A stretch of 64,000 nt of DNA from Patescibacteria group bacterium. GTDB lineage: Bacteria; Patescibacteriota; Patescibacteriia; JAHJFT01. How positions within the stretch are numbered: the first letter of the stretch is position 1; the number at the start of each line of letters is the position of its first letter. The stretch is from NCBI GenBank assembly GCA_028710985.1, contig JAQTTB010000001.1, positions 295,397 to 359,396 on the forward strand, read 5' to 3'. Positions 27,340-42,300 of the stretch are shown here, piece after piece. The notes beneath the pieces were generated by a model. That model saw only the letters and a program-made list of their open reading frames with translations, was not told the DNA's origin and did no database searches. A program made the position numbers and the translations under genes.

Positions 27340-30300
27340 ATGAACTCAATCGGAGGAAGACAATTCAAGCGGACTTTAAAGAAAACCATTGTTTTGCAAA
27401 TGGCAGTTTTGATGTTGCTTGTCTGGTTCGGTGCGTTCGTGACTCCGGAAAAAGCCCATGCTGCGATTAATAAATACATCAACTATCAGGGAAAACTGCT
27501 TGATTCTTCCAAAATCCCGGTGGCGGACGGAACCTATGGCATTGAATTCAAGATTTACGATGCCGTCACTGCCGGCAGTGAACTCTGGTCAGATTCCTTT
27601 GATGTTGCTGTTGATGACGGTCTATTCAGCATTTTGCTGGGTTCAAGCGGCACGCTTGACTTGAATTTTGAAGATGAAGCCGGCTACTGGCTGGGTGTTA
27701 ATGTTGAGGCTGATGGCGAAATGACGCCGCGCAAAGAAATTGGCGCCGCGGCTTATGCATTCAACTCGGATTTATTGGACGGATTGCATGCCACGACTAC
27801 CGGCGCAATTTCTTCGGCCGTGGTCGCGCTGACTGCCAACGGCAATCTCACCATTACCGGCGATCCCCAAGGCGGCGCGGTTACACAGGGTTCCCTATAT
27901 ATTAATCCAGCCGCTCCGGCAGCCGATGAAACGCTTTTGGGTATCGCAAATAACGGCTCGCAGCGGCTGCTTTTGGATGCGGAAGGCGATCTGACGGTCG
28001 CCGGATATGTCTCAACCACACAATTATTTATTGATAGTATTGATGTTCAAACCAGCGCTTCCCGGACAACCTCAGGCGCGTATATCATTGGTGTTGCCGA
28101 CAACTTCTCGTGGTCGGCCTCAACCAATGTCCAGTTCGTGCTTGAGGATTTGGATCTCGCAATCACTAACGCCTCATCTTCAGCCAACCTTTGGACCGAT
28201 GCAGGTACATATATATATAACACCCCGGCCGGTGACATTAACCGATTCTATGACAACGGCGATATTAAGTTTGACCAAGTGAGTGATACATTATTTATTG
28301 ATCAAAGCGCGCACAGTATTGGTATCTTTACAACTTCTCCTACGGCCGCGGCACTTGAGGTTGATGCAAATTCACTTGGAACAACTACGGCAAACAAAAT
28401 AATTTTAGCAAACACAACCGCCGCCGGCGCTGGTGCACAACAGGTTTCGCCTGCATTAAATTTTAGAAGTCAAGGTTGGTCACTTGCAGAAAGTGCATCT
28501 CAAGAAGTGGATTGGCAAGTGTATGTCCTACCTCATCAATACGCTGGTCGACAGGCGACCTCAGATTTATATTTTCAGTATAAATTGGGCGGTGAATCAA
28601 GTTATAGAACTGGTATTATTTTTACCGCTCCTTTTGATAGCGGATATGCATCTTTAGCGGCATATAATGGCACTTTTTATAATAGCGTAAGTGTAAGCGC
28701 AGTTCTAAGTGTTAGCACCAATGCTTATCTGGCATATACATCTACTGCCTACAGGGTCGGCATCGGCACCAACAGCCCCGGCTACAAGCTGCATGTTGTT
28801 GGCACGAGCGGTTTTGATGGCAGCCTTGCTGTTTCATCAACCAATCTCATTTTTGACGCCGCCGGTACAGCCTTCGCAAGTTCAACCGACCGAACTCACT
28901 CCGGCGCTTACTACTTGGGTGTTGCCGACAATTTCTCCTGGTCGGCTTCAACCAATGTCCAGTTCGTGCTGGAAGATTTGGACCTTGCGATCACCAACGC
29001 CTCATCATCGGCCAATCTTTGGAAAGCAAACGCTTCATATATATATCCGGCCTCAACCACGGCCAATGTTTTCCCTTCATCAAACAATGCGCAAAGCCTA
29101 GGAGCGTTTGGTAGTGCCTGGAAAGATATTTATGCTTCGGGCACGTCATATTTAACCAACGTAACGGCGGCAAATTATGTTAATGTTTCCGACGCGACAG
29201 TCGGCTATAAAATCGGCGGGAACATAATTTTAAGAAATCCCTATACCCGCAATATACTTCTTGGTCAAAGCGCGGGAGCGGCTCTTAATTCAGATGGCAC
29301 GGACAATATGTTTCTCGGTTATTTGGCCGGAGCTGCAGCCACTTCTTCAGATTACAATACTTTCATCGGCTCTTACGCCGGCTATGCCAACACTGCCGGT
29401 ACTGCCAATGCCTTCATTGGCTATGTCGCCGGCTATGCCAACACCACCGGCGCTAATAATATTTTCATCGGCTCTTACGCCGGCTATACCAACACCATCG
29501 GCGCAAATAACTCCTTCATCGGTTATGCCGCTGGCCGCTACAGCACTACCGGCTCCTACAACTCCTTTATTGGTAATGCCGCCGGCTATTCAAACACCAC
29601 CGGTGCTGCCAATGCTTTCATCGGCTATGGTGCTGGCTACTATAACACCACCGGCGCGAATAACACCGCGATCGGTTCTTATGTTTTATACGCCAACACC
29701 ACAGGCGCGAATAATAGCGCGATCGGTTTTTACGCCTTAAGCGCCAACACCACTGGCGCGAATAACAGCGTGATTGGTTATTTTGCTTCATTTTACAACT
29801 CATCGGCCACGAGCACAGTGGCAATCGGTTATCAGGCGGCTCGAGGAACCGCGGCATACAGCAACCAAAACGGCGTGTACATTGGTTACAATGCCGGGTA
29901 TGCGGCTCAAACAGGGTCGGATAACAATATAATGATTGGTTATCAAGCCGGAGACAGTATAACAACGGGATCTGGCAATTTGCTTATTGGCTATGATGTT
30001 GATAATGCCACAAGCACGGCTTCAACCAATTACATAAATATCGGAAATACCATCCAGGGCTGGATCGGTGGAAAAATCTATCCATACAATCATGGAACAC
30101 AGGATTTGGGCGCATACGGTTATGCCTGGAAAGACATCTGGGCTTCAGGCACGGCCTTCCTCGCGAACGCGAATCTCTCCGGCAATGCTACTGTCCTGGG
30201 CTATGTCTCAACCACCCAAGTTTATATAGATAGTATAGATATAGAAGGCCAGGGTACGGGCAATACCACGGCCGGCGCCTACAAAATCGGCACTTATGAC

Positions 30301-33300
30301 GAATTTGACTGGTCCGCAAGCACCAATGTGCAGGATGTGCTTGATGACCTGGACGCCACTCTGACCACGGTTTCTACCTCGGCCATGCTTTGGACCGACG
30401 CGGGTACATATATATATAATACCCCGGCCGGAGACATTAACCGGTTTTATGATACCGGCAGTGTCAACTTTGATGCCACCAACACCACGCTTTATGTTGA
30501 CGCCATGAACAATCGCGTTGGTGTCGGCACGAATAACGCTTTAAGCGTTTTCCATATTCTTGGCAGCTACCCGCAGTTATTAATTAATGACAGTTCGGTT
30601 CCGAGCTTCCTGTCTTTGAGGGGTGATGCCAATATCTTCTTCAACAATGCCTCCAACTACAGGATCGCTAGCCAGGCTTATGCAAACCGCGGCACGGCCA
30701 CGGGCGATACAGTGAGATTTACCATTCAGGGCTCCAATGGATATGTGGGTATTGCCACTTCAACTCCGCAAGTGATGCTCCATGTGTACGACGGGAGTTT
30801 CCGTCAGCAAGATACAACCGGCGGCAAGACCGGGCAATTGACCATCTCCACCCTCTCTTCTGGTACGCTAATTCAGGAAACCAATAACGGTCGTATTACG
30901 TATAAGGCATATGCTCATACTTGGCAGACTCATGCGGGAACAGAAATTTTCCGAACCAGTGACGGGTTGACCGCAGTTATATTTAATGGAAATATTTTTT
31001 CTTACGGTAATCTTTACACCTCATCTTCAAAATTATTTGTTGGAAGTGACACAACTCTCGCCGAATCAACCGACCGCCTTGATTCCGGCGCCTACAATGT
31101 GGGCGTGGCCGACAACTTCTCGTGGTCGGCTTCAACCAATGTCCAGTTTGTGCTGGAAGATTTGGACCTCGCCATCACCAACGCCTCATCATCGGCCAAT
31201 ATCTGGAAAGCAAACGCTTCATATATATATCCGGCCTCAACCACGGCCAATGTTTTCCCCTCATCAAACAATGCGCAAAGCCTGGGTGCGTTTGGCAGCG
31301 CCTGGAAAGATATTTACGCTTCAGGCACAGCGTATTTAACCAACGTAACGGCGGCAAATTATGTTAATGTTTCCGACGCGACCGTCGGATATAAAATCGG
31401 CGGGAACATTATTTTAAGAAATCCCTATACTCACAATACACTTATCGGGCAAAACGCAGGGGCAAACATCAATTCAGATGGCACGGATAATACTTTTATT
31501 GGTTATTTCGCTGGGTACACAGCCACTTCAACAGATTATAACGTTTTTATCGGTCCTTACGCCGGCCAGAACAATGCTGCCGGCGCTAATAATTCCTTTA
31601 TCGGCTATGCCGCTGGCAAAGACAACACTACTGGCAGTGGCAACTCCTTCATCGGTTATGTCGCCGGCTATGCCAATACCATTGGCAATTATAACTCCTC
31701 CATCGGCTATGCCGCCGGCTATGCCAACACCACCGGCTCTTACAACTCCTTTATCGGCAATGCCGCCGGCCAAACCAACACCACCGGCGCGAATAACACC
31801 GGGGTTGGTTATTCCGCTTTATACTCCAACACCACCGGCGTGAATAACACCGCGGTTGGTTATTCCGCTCTATTCTATAACTCATCGGCCACAAGCACGG
31901 TGACAATTGGTTATCAGGCGGCGCGAGGAACCGCGGCATATAGCAACCAAAATGGCGTGTATATTGGTTACAGAGCGGGGTATGTTGTTCAAACAGGGTC
32001 GGATAACAATATAATGATCGGTTTTCAAGCCGGAAACAGTATCACAACCGGCGCTAATAATATATTGATTGGTTATGATGTTGATACACCGCTCGCAACC
32101 ACATCTAACTACTTAAACATTGGCAATCGGATTTATGGAAGTCTAACGGATGGAATTTTAAATATCCAGCCAAACGGTGATTCCAACAATTATTCCCGAT
32201 TTGCGACGGTTGATGCACAACCCATACTATATTTCGTTTCATCAACCATGACTAACTATTCCGGCTTCCGCTTGAATTCCTCTACCGGCGAAATGGAGTA
32301 TCGCGATGAGGATTCAGCGACGTATACACCATTTGACACAATCGCGGCCGGAGCGGGTATCTGGTCAACCGGCGCTTCATATATATATCCGGCCTCCACC
32401 ACGGCCAATGCTTTCCCCTCATCAAACAATGCGCAAAGCCTGGGTGCGTTTAGCAGCGCCTGGAAAGATTTTTATGCCTCCGGAACTTCATATCTCACCG
32501 GCGTATTGAATTCTGACGGAGCTCTTGGCGCGCCAAGCTACTCTTTCGCCGCAGATTCTGATACAGGTATGTTTTGGGCGGGTACGGGCAATGTTCGTTT
32601 CTCTTCAAACGGAGCGAGCATAGTGACCATGGGCAATTCTGAAGTGGATGTCGGCGGTTCAATTCTGCCAACCGCCAATAATACCCGAGATTTAGGCGCT
32701 TTCTCTTATGCCTGGCGCAATATCTATGCCTCCGGCACGGCATTCTTAACCGGTATTCAAAATTCAGTCGGAGCCGTCGGCACGCCAAGCTACAGTTTTG
32801 CCGGAGATACAAACACAGGAATCTACAGTCCATTATCCGATGCGGTTGCGATCGCTGTAAATGGTGCTCAACGATTCCAGGTAACCGCAACTGGCGCACA
32901 AGTAACCGGAACTGTCTATTCGGACGCAAATAATTCACGGGACATCGGCTACTTTGGAAATGCCTGGAATGATATCTTCGCGTCCGGTACAGCCTTCCTC
33001 GCGGATGCAAATCTCTCCGGCAATGCCACGGTCCTGGGTTATGTCTCTACCACGCAGTTATTTATTGATAGTATTGATGTTCAAACCAGCGCTTCCCGGA
33101 CAACCTCGGGCGCTTATGTCATTGGTGTGGCCGACAATTTCTCCTGGTCCGCCTCAACCAATGTCCAGTTCGTGCTGGAAGATTTGGACCTTGCGATCAC
33201 CAACGCCTCCTCATCCGCCAATATCTGGAAACTCGGGGCTTCATATATATATCCGGCATCCACCACGGCCGATATCCTGGCCGGCGCCGCAACTCCGGAC

Positions 33301-36300
33301 GGTGTCTCGCCGTTCTATGTTGATATTGCCGGCGGCGACAGATTACTTCAGCTGTATAAAGTATATGGCGGCACGCTCGCCGCCGGCGCAGCCAACTATG
33401 GTCTGCACGCCCAGGTTTCAAGCACGGTTGATGTGGCGGATCAAATTTATCAAATGTATGGCGCCTATAGCCAAGCCGAATTCGCCGGCACTTATGATTC
33501 CGGCTCAGGCGGCTCGATTACGGTTACTGGTTCATACTCTGAAGGCCGGTCCGCGACTAATACCATGTATATTTACGGCGCGTATAATTATGGTCTTCAG
33601 GAAGCCGGCGCGACCGCGGATACGGTTTACGGCGCATATAATCGGGCAATTTCCGCTGGGTCAACAAATACCGGCGTTTATGGCACATTTTCCGATGCTC
33701 AAGGCGACGGCATAAGCCGCGCTTATGGCGTATATTCAACAGTAACCGGCGGCACATCCAATTATGGTTTCAGTGCCTCGGTAACCGACGGCGCGGCCGG
33801 ATCAAACTACGGCGTCAATCTTATGGTCTCGGACGGCCTGGGTTCTAACTACGGTATTTCCGCCAGTGTTTCGGGTTCAGCCGGTGGCACAGTGCAATAC
33901 GGCGGCCAATTCACTGTCGGGGGCGCGGCAGGTGATACAAATTACGGCATTGATGCCGAAGTAACCGGATTCGGTGTTGGTGATACGAACTATGGTGTTT
34001 ATGCTAATGTGACCGGCGCGGCGGCTAACTGGGCCGGCTGGTTTGCGGGAGGCGACGTTTATGTGGAAAATAAATTATTTGTTTCAAGCTCGGAGCTTTT
34101 TATCGGCACTGATACCGCTCTCTCCGAATCAACCGGCCGCCTTGATTCCGGCGCCTACAATGTGGGTGTTGCCGACAATTTTGCCTGGTCGGCCTCAACC
34201 AATGTCCAGTTCGTGCTTGAAGATTTGGACGCGGCAATTACCGCCGCTGGAGGCATCTGGACCGACGCAGAAGGTTATATTTATCCGACCGCGGCCGGCG
34301 ATTATTACGACACCGGCGCGCGCATATACGACAACGGCGAAATCAACACCGATTCAAATCTCGTGGTTGATGGCTATGCCGCTTTCGGCACGGCAACTGA
34401 CACCTCAAAAATCGTGAATATTGAAAACACCGCCACGGATAAATACGGTTTGTATTCTCATACCACATCCACTTCTCTTATTCCGGGCGACTGGTATCAA
34501 GTACCTTCGGGCGCGGCCGGATATTTCCTGGCCGATGGCAGCTACGGTGGCGTTCGTACAAATACCGGAATTATGAGCCGGGCGGTGGGCGTTGCATTAT
34601 TTAATTCCGGCAATGTTAGCCATGCGTATAATGCGACAAATTATAATTTCGCGTATTTTGGCACCGCGAGCGGCACAAATTCCTATGTTGTTTATGGCTT
34701 GAATCCGAGCTATGGCACGACCGTTGATGCCTGGGGTGGATATCTTGAAGTGAATACAACGGCAAATGGTGGTACGTCTGATCACGTCGGCATGGAAACC
34801 AAGGTTGGCGGCGCGGATGCTAACTGGGGTTATAAAACAACCACCTCGGCTCCGTCGGGTGAAAAAGCCTATGGTTTTTGGGCCAATGTTGATGTGCAAG
34901 CCGCTTCGGAGTCCTACGGTATATATTTGACACTGGATGATTTAACCGGAGTCAGTACCAACCTTTATGGCTCAAGTATGAGTGTGAAGGGCAACGCAGC
35001 AGGCTATGCCGGTACTATTTACGGCAATAAGATCGTTGCCCAATATGGCGGTACTATTTACGGCCTTGATATTGATATTGATAACATTCATAACTATGGC
35101 TATGGCGTCAATGTATCAGTTGACGGCGCCAGCTATAGCCCCGTGGTCTACTTGGCGGGAAAAAGTTTAAAAAATTTCGGTGTGCGCGGCATGGCGGCTT
35201 CTGACACCGCGGATGTGGTTGGAGTTTACGGTTTGGGTACGGGCAACGGTGGCGACAATAGTATTTTTGGCATGGTCGGTAAAGCCACGGGCGGCATCTC
35301 TCAATATGGCGCTTATCTTGAAGCGGTTGGTGACACTTCGGATGCTACCTATGGCCTTTATTCAAGAACCAATACCGGAGATTCGGCCACAAGTTACGGC
35401 GTGTATTCATATGCGGTCGGCGGCGCCGATTCTACTAACTACGGTGTCTATGCCGTGGCCACGGACGGTGCTTCAACTCCGGTCGTGAACTATGGCATCT
35501 TCGCGTCGTCATCCGCCGCTACAACAAACTGGGCCGGCTGGTTTGGCGCCGGGGATGTTTATGTGGAAAATAAATTATTTGTTTCAAGCTCAGAGCTTTT
35601 TATCGGTACGGATACCGCTCTCTCCGAATCAACCGACCGCCTTGATTCCGGCGCCTACAACGTCGGCGTGGCCGACAATTTCTCCTGGTCCGCCTCAACC
35701 AATGTCCAGTTCGTGCTGGAAGATTTGGATGCCACTCTGACCACGGTTTCCACCTCGGCCATGCTTTGGACCGATGCGGGTACATATATATACAACACTC
35801 CGGCCGGGGACAAGAACCGCTTCTATGATAACGGCGCCGTGCTCTTCGGCCAGTCATGGAATACTTTCTTTGTCAGCGGCACCTCGAACTACGTGGGCAT
35901 TGGCACGGCCACGCCTTCAACCACTCTGCACATCGTTGGAACGTCATATCCTTTTGTACTGGTCGAAGGCAGTTCCATCTCAAAATTTACCGCACTCCGT
36001 GCCGACAGCAAGATTTTCTTTACGAGCACGGAAAATTTTAATATCAGCAGCCAGCCATATGCCAACCGCGGAACCGCCGCGGGTGAGACATTAAGATTTA
36101 CCATCCTGGGCTCTAATGGCTATGTGGGTATCAATACCGCGTCGCCGACTTCCACTCTTCAGGTCACGGGCGGAGATGTGCATTTCCAGGCAACCGGCGG
36201 AGCCCCGGGTACATATTGGGACTACGATACCGGTTATCTGGGCATCGGGACGACCGGGCCAGTGGCGAAATTGAATATTAGTGTTTCTGGTGACGGGACT

Positions 36301-39300
36301 GAAGCTTTGAGATTTTCCACGGAAAGAGCATGGACATTCCGCCAGAGTGGCGTGGGGGGAGCGGCGAAACTGCAACTTAAAGACCTCAGCGGGCAGAAAT
36401 ATTTTGAAATTACCGGATTTGATGATTCTGTTACGGCCTCTTTTTACAATGACTTTGCAACACCTGCGGGTAGCAGGGTTTTGTTGTTACCAGGCGGCGG
36501 CAACGTCGGCATTGGCACAACCGCGCCAAATTATCTCCTGCATGTCTCCGGCACGAGCGCGTTCATGGATAATATGTACGTCTCGTCATCTGAATTATTT
36601 ATCAATACCAGCACTTATCTTTCCGAATCAACGGCAAGAGACGATTCCGGCGCCTACAACGTCGGCGTGGCCGACAATTTCTCCTGGTCGGCTTCAACCA
36701 ATGTCCAGTTTGTGCTGGAAGATTTGGACCTTGCCATCACCAACGCCTCATCGTCGGCCAATATCTGGAAAGCAAACGCTTCTTATATATATCCGGCCTC
36801 AACCACGGCCAATGTTTTCCCTTCATCAAACAATGCGCAAAGCCTAGGAGCGTTTGGTAGTGCCTGGAAAGATATTTACGCTTCAGGCACAGCGTATTTA
36901 ACCAACGTAACGGCGGCAAATTATGTTAATGTTTCCGACGCGACCGTCGGATATAAAATCGGCGGGAACATAATTTTAAGAAATCCCTACACCCGCAATA
37001 CACTTCTTGGGCAAGGCGCGGGAGCAGCGCTTAATTCAGACGGCACGGACAATACTTTTATCGGTCATGGCGCCGGAAATGTTGCCACTTCAACGGATTA
37101 TAATGCCTTCGTTGGTGCTTACGCCGGCTATGCCAATACTATTGGTAATTATAACTCCTTTATTGGCTATGCCGCTGGTTTTTCCAATACCATTGGTGCG
37201 AATAATACCTTTATCGGTAATGCCGCCGGCCAATCCAACACCACCGGCGCGGGTAACATCGCAATCGGTTCGGCTGCTTTATATACCAATTCCACTAGCG
37301 CGAATAATACCGCGATTGGTAATGCTGCTTTACGCTACACCACCGGCGCGAATAATACCGGGGTTGGTTATGCCGCTTTATACACCAATACCACTGGTGC
37401 GGGTAACACCGGGGTTGGTTCTTATACTCTATACGCCAACACCACCGGTACGAATAACACCGCCATCGGTTTATATGCCTTAAGCGCTAACACCACCGGC
37501 TCATATAACACCGCGATCGGTTATTATTCTTCACTCTATAACTCATCGGCCACAAGTACGGTGGCAATTGGTTATCAAGCGGCACGAGGAACCGCGGCAT
37601 ACAGCAACCAAAACGGCGTGTACATTGGTTACAATGCCGGGTATGCGGCTCAGACAGGGTCAAATAACAATATAATGATTGGTTATCAAGCCGGAGATAG
37701 TATAACAACGGGATCTGGCAATTTGCTTATTGGCTATGACGTTGATAATGCCACAAGCACGGCTTCAACCAATTACATAAATATCGGAAATACCCTTCAG
37801 GGCTGGATCGGTGGAAAAATTTATCCATACAACCAGGGAACACAGGATTTGGGCGCATACGGCTATGCCTGGAAAGATATCTTCGCCTCCGGCACGGCCT
37901 TCCTCGCGAACGCGAATCTCTCGGGCAATGCCACGGTCCTGGGTTATGTCTCTACCACGCAGTTATTTATTGATAGTATTGATGTTCAAACCAGCGCTTC
38001 CCGGACAACCTCGGGCGCTTATGTCATTGGTGTTGCCGACAACTTCTCCTGGTCCGCCTCAACCAATGTCCAGTTCGTGCTGGAGGATTTGGATCTCGCG
38101 ATCACCAACGCCTCATCTTCAGCCAACCTTTGGAAAGCAAATGCTTCATATATATATCCGGCCTCAACCACGACTAAAATTTATGTTCCAAAGCAAGCGT
38201 ATCCAATTCCATCCCTGACTTTTTCCGATGATCCGGACACGGGTTTCGGGTCCATAACCGCGAATCAACTAACTTTTTACGCCGGAGGAACCGAATCCTT
38301 CACCGCGAAGGCTTCGGGTATATTAAATTATATAAACTGGAAAGCTCCGGCAACGAATAGCCAATTAAATGTTTTGGGAGCAATCACTACGGGAAGCGGA
38401 AATACGGCCTTTAGAATTGGTAATGAGAATGCTCTTTATGGAACCGACAGAGTTCTGGCAGTTTATTCCGGAAATCTTAACGGCGAACTGCTGACTGTCT
38501 TAGCAAACGGCAGTGTCGGCATGGGTGACACTACGCCGGATTTTGGCTTAGAGGTCGCCACTTCAACCGCGAGCGGTTTTCTGGCGGTTTCTTCAGTTTC
38601 GGGTAATAACGGCGACCTGTTCATGGTGGATGAAGCCGGTCGGGTCGGCATCAACACCACCGATCCCGGTTACAAGCTGCATGTTGTTGGCACGAGCGGC
38701 TTTGACGGCAGTCTTGCTGTTTCATCAACCAATCTTATCTTTGACGCATCGGGTACGGCTATCGCAAGCTCAACCGACCGTCTGCATTCTGGCGCATATT
38801 TCGTCGGCGTTGATTCAGCCAATATTACTCAATCGGCTTCAACCAATGTCCAGTTTGTGCTTGAGGATTTTGACCTTGCCATCGTTTCGGCCGGTTCAAA
38901 ATGGACCGATGCCGCGGGTTATATTTATCCGACCGTGGCCGGCGATTACGGCGGAACCGGCATGAAAATAGCTGACGACGGTGAAATTAGCACCGATGGC
39001 AATCTCACGGTTGACGGTAAGGTTGCAATTGGCACAACTATATTGGGTACGCGGATGTTGAACATTATTCAAGCCGGCACGGGAGTTAGTAACTATGGCA
39101 TCAATGTGACAGCATCGGGCGCGGGCACGAACAATTATGCCATTTACGCAACCGCTACAGGAGGAGCCGCGGCGAATTGGGCCGCCTATTTCGGTGCCGG
39201 TAATGTCGCGGTCCTTAATGGCAATATGTATGTTGGCGCAACCACGGAGACGATTACGGATACGACTTTTAGTATGGCCGGTGATGATTTCTATGATTCA

Positions 39301-42300
39301 GGCATGATTGGCGCGGCGGTGGCTTTATATACAAATGGATATATTTGCGTCGGCGGTGATGGATGCGGAACCGACGCGGGTACAGTATATGTTATTCAAG
39401 CTGGCACGGGAGTTAGTAACTACGGTGTCCATGTAACGGCATCAGGCGCGGGCACGACCAACTATGGCGTTTATGCGACCGTTTCAGGAAGCGCGACAAA
39501 TTATGCATTTTATTCGCCAGACGCCGGCGGCTACTCCTACTTCGGCGACCACGTGGCAATTGAGGATGCGGCGGTTTCGGATAATTACGCGCTTGGTATT
39601 TTGGAAACATTCTCCGGCGCCGGCATCACTGGCTTGCAGACCGGCGTGAGCACCACAGTTGCATTTACCGGCAGCGTTGGCGCCGGAAATTACTATTTTG
39701 GCGCGCAAAGCGATGTGGCGACATGGAGCGGAACCGCCGGCGACGCGAACGATATGCTAATTGGCAATGCGGCGCAAATTTATGTAACAACAACCGGCGG
39801 TAAAACTTTGGAAGATGCCAGAGCATTCTATGGATATTCCCGGGTTTCGGATGGCTATGTGAGTAGTACCTATGGCGTTTATGGTACGAGCAACAACAGT
39901 GGTGGTCTGGTGGATTATGCATACGGCGGCTACTTTAGCGCCGAGGGCACAGCTACGGATAATTATGGTATATATGCCTCTGCGGAAGACGGCCAGCATC
40001 AGATCGGTGGCAATTTTGTAGCAACTGGATCAACGGGCGATTCGACCTATGGAGTAAAAATCGATGTAGCGGGTGGTGATAAAAATTATGGGGTGTACAC
40101 AGTGGTTGGTAGTGCCGACTCGGAATCATATGCAGTATATGGCAGAACGACCGGAGGTATTTATTCAGTAGGCTCAACTTCTTATGGGGGTTACTTTACG
40201 GGCCTAGCAGTCGCTTCGACCACGTATGGCGTGTATGCAAATGCGAGTAACGGCACAACCGCAAGTTATGGCGTATTTGCAAAAGGCACGACCGCCGGGG
40301 TTTATGCGGAAAATCCCGCCGATGCCAATGATTATACTCAGCTCTTAAATGTTAGCGGCGGCACGGTGAATGGGGTAAATACACAAATAATTCATAATGA
40401 CGCAGCCACTGCTTACGGCAGTAAAATTACAGTAACGGGTTCTGCGGGCAACGCTGGAGATTTGCAGGGAGTAAGCGCTACCTTGACCGGAGTCGCCTAT
40501 GATCCGAGTTCATACGCCTATGGCGGGTATTTCAGCGCGGCAGTAACAGCATCTAGCACCTATGGCATTTATGCTAATGCATCCGGAGGGACGCAGCAAA
40601 GCGTTGGCGTCTTCGCAAAGGGTACAAGCGCCGGCGTATTTGCGGAAAACCCGGCCGATGCGAGCGACTATACCAAGCTCATGTATGTGGACGGCGGCAC
40701 AATTCATGGAGTTAGGGTTGACATTCAGCACAATAATGCGGCCGAAGCGCATGGCCTCGACATCGGCGTCACCGGCACCGGAGCAAATCCAGGTGATTTA
40801 TACGGTGCGAAGGTGCAAACATTGGGCACAGTTTATGATGCGGATTCACTTGCCTATGGCGGATATTTTTACAACACGGTCACCGCTTCAACTACCTATG
40901 GCGTTTATGGAAAGGCAGCAAACACATCCGAGGGAAGCACCAGTTATGGACTTTACGGTGAAGCAATCGATGGACCCGGTGTTGGATTGCAAGTTGGCGT
41001 AATGGGTGTTGCCGGTGATGCTCTTTACAGTATGGGCGTGAGAGCGCAATCGCCAAAGATTGCCCTTGCTGCTGAAGATAGTAATGATATAAATAATCAC
41101 TCGGTTTATCTTGCTCATTGGGCAGCCAGTAATGAAGCCGTGGGTGTGACAATAAATAATCTTGCCTCATTAAATATGTCAGATGTTTCAAGGGAAGGTC
41201 TGATAGTAAGTGTCAGCGGTTATCCCGGAAACACACGGAAAGTTACTGGTATTGATGTAGCTGCCAATAAGCTGGGTGGAGTCGGTGATATTTTTGGCAT
41301 AGATGTGGATACAAATTCAAATTCAACTAGTTCAGTTAATGTGTATGGCATCAGATCTATTACAACCGGAGACAACAATAGCGCTGACGGTGAAATATAT
41401 GCCGGATATTTTGACATAACAAGCAGCGATGCATCATCGTCAATTGGCGTTTATGCGAACGCCGCGAGCGGCGACACTAACTGGGCATTCTACGGCGGAG
41501 GAGTAACTGATTCGGCCTTTGGCGGCGATATCTATGTCGGATATGGAAATGCCGGGGATGATGATTATGTGTATTTTGACGGTGGCTCAACCGAGTATCT
41601 TGTATGGGATAATGCAAACGCCCGATTTAGATTTAGCGACGATTTGGTCGCGGATGGCAATGTGTATGTCGGCAATAGCAGCCAGGTTGACGATGATTAT
41701 GTTTATTTTGATCAAGCCGCAGAATGGATTGTTTATGATGAGTCAGTAGACGATAGGTTTGAGATTACCGGCCAAGTATATATTATTACTGACACACAGT
41801 CCACGAATGGTATTTGCGGATCCAATGCCGCAGTGGGTAGTACAGAGCTATATGATTGCAGCGGCACGCCGGGAGATATTGCCGAGTGGTATCCGATCGT
41901 TGAAGATGCGGTTGCCGGTGACATAGTCTATGCGGCAAGCAGTACGATTACATACTCGGAAGTATTATTTGATCCAGTATCAGGCCTCTCAACCAGCAGT
42001 ACGGGAACGTATAATACATCCGTGGTTGACCGCGCTTCTAAACCCTACGACTCAAGAATAATTGGCATCGTTTCAACGAGCCCGGTTCAGAGATTTGGAG
42101 AGAATGTCCGTGAAGTGTCATCAAGCACCGCAGTGATTGCACTCATCGGCCGCGTGCCGACAAGGGTTTCGGATGCCAATGGTCCCATTAAAGCCGGTGA
42201 TCAAATAACTTCCTCTGATATTAGGGGCGTTGGAATGAAATCCACCAAGCCGGGCATGGTCGTGGGCACGGCGCTCGAAGATTGGAGCGGGTCCGGAGAA

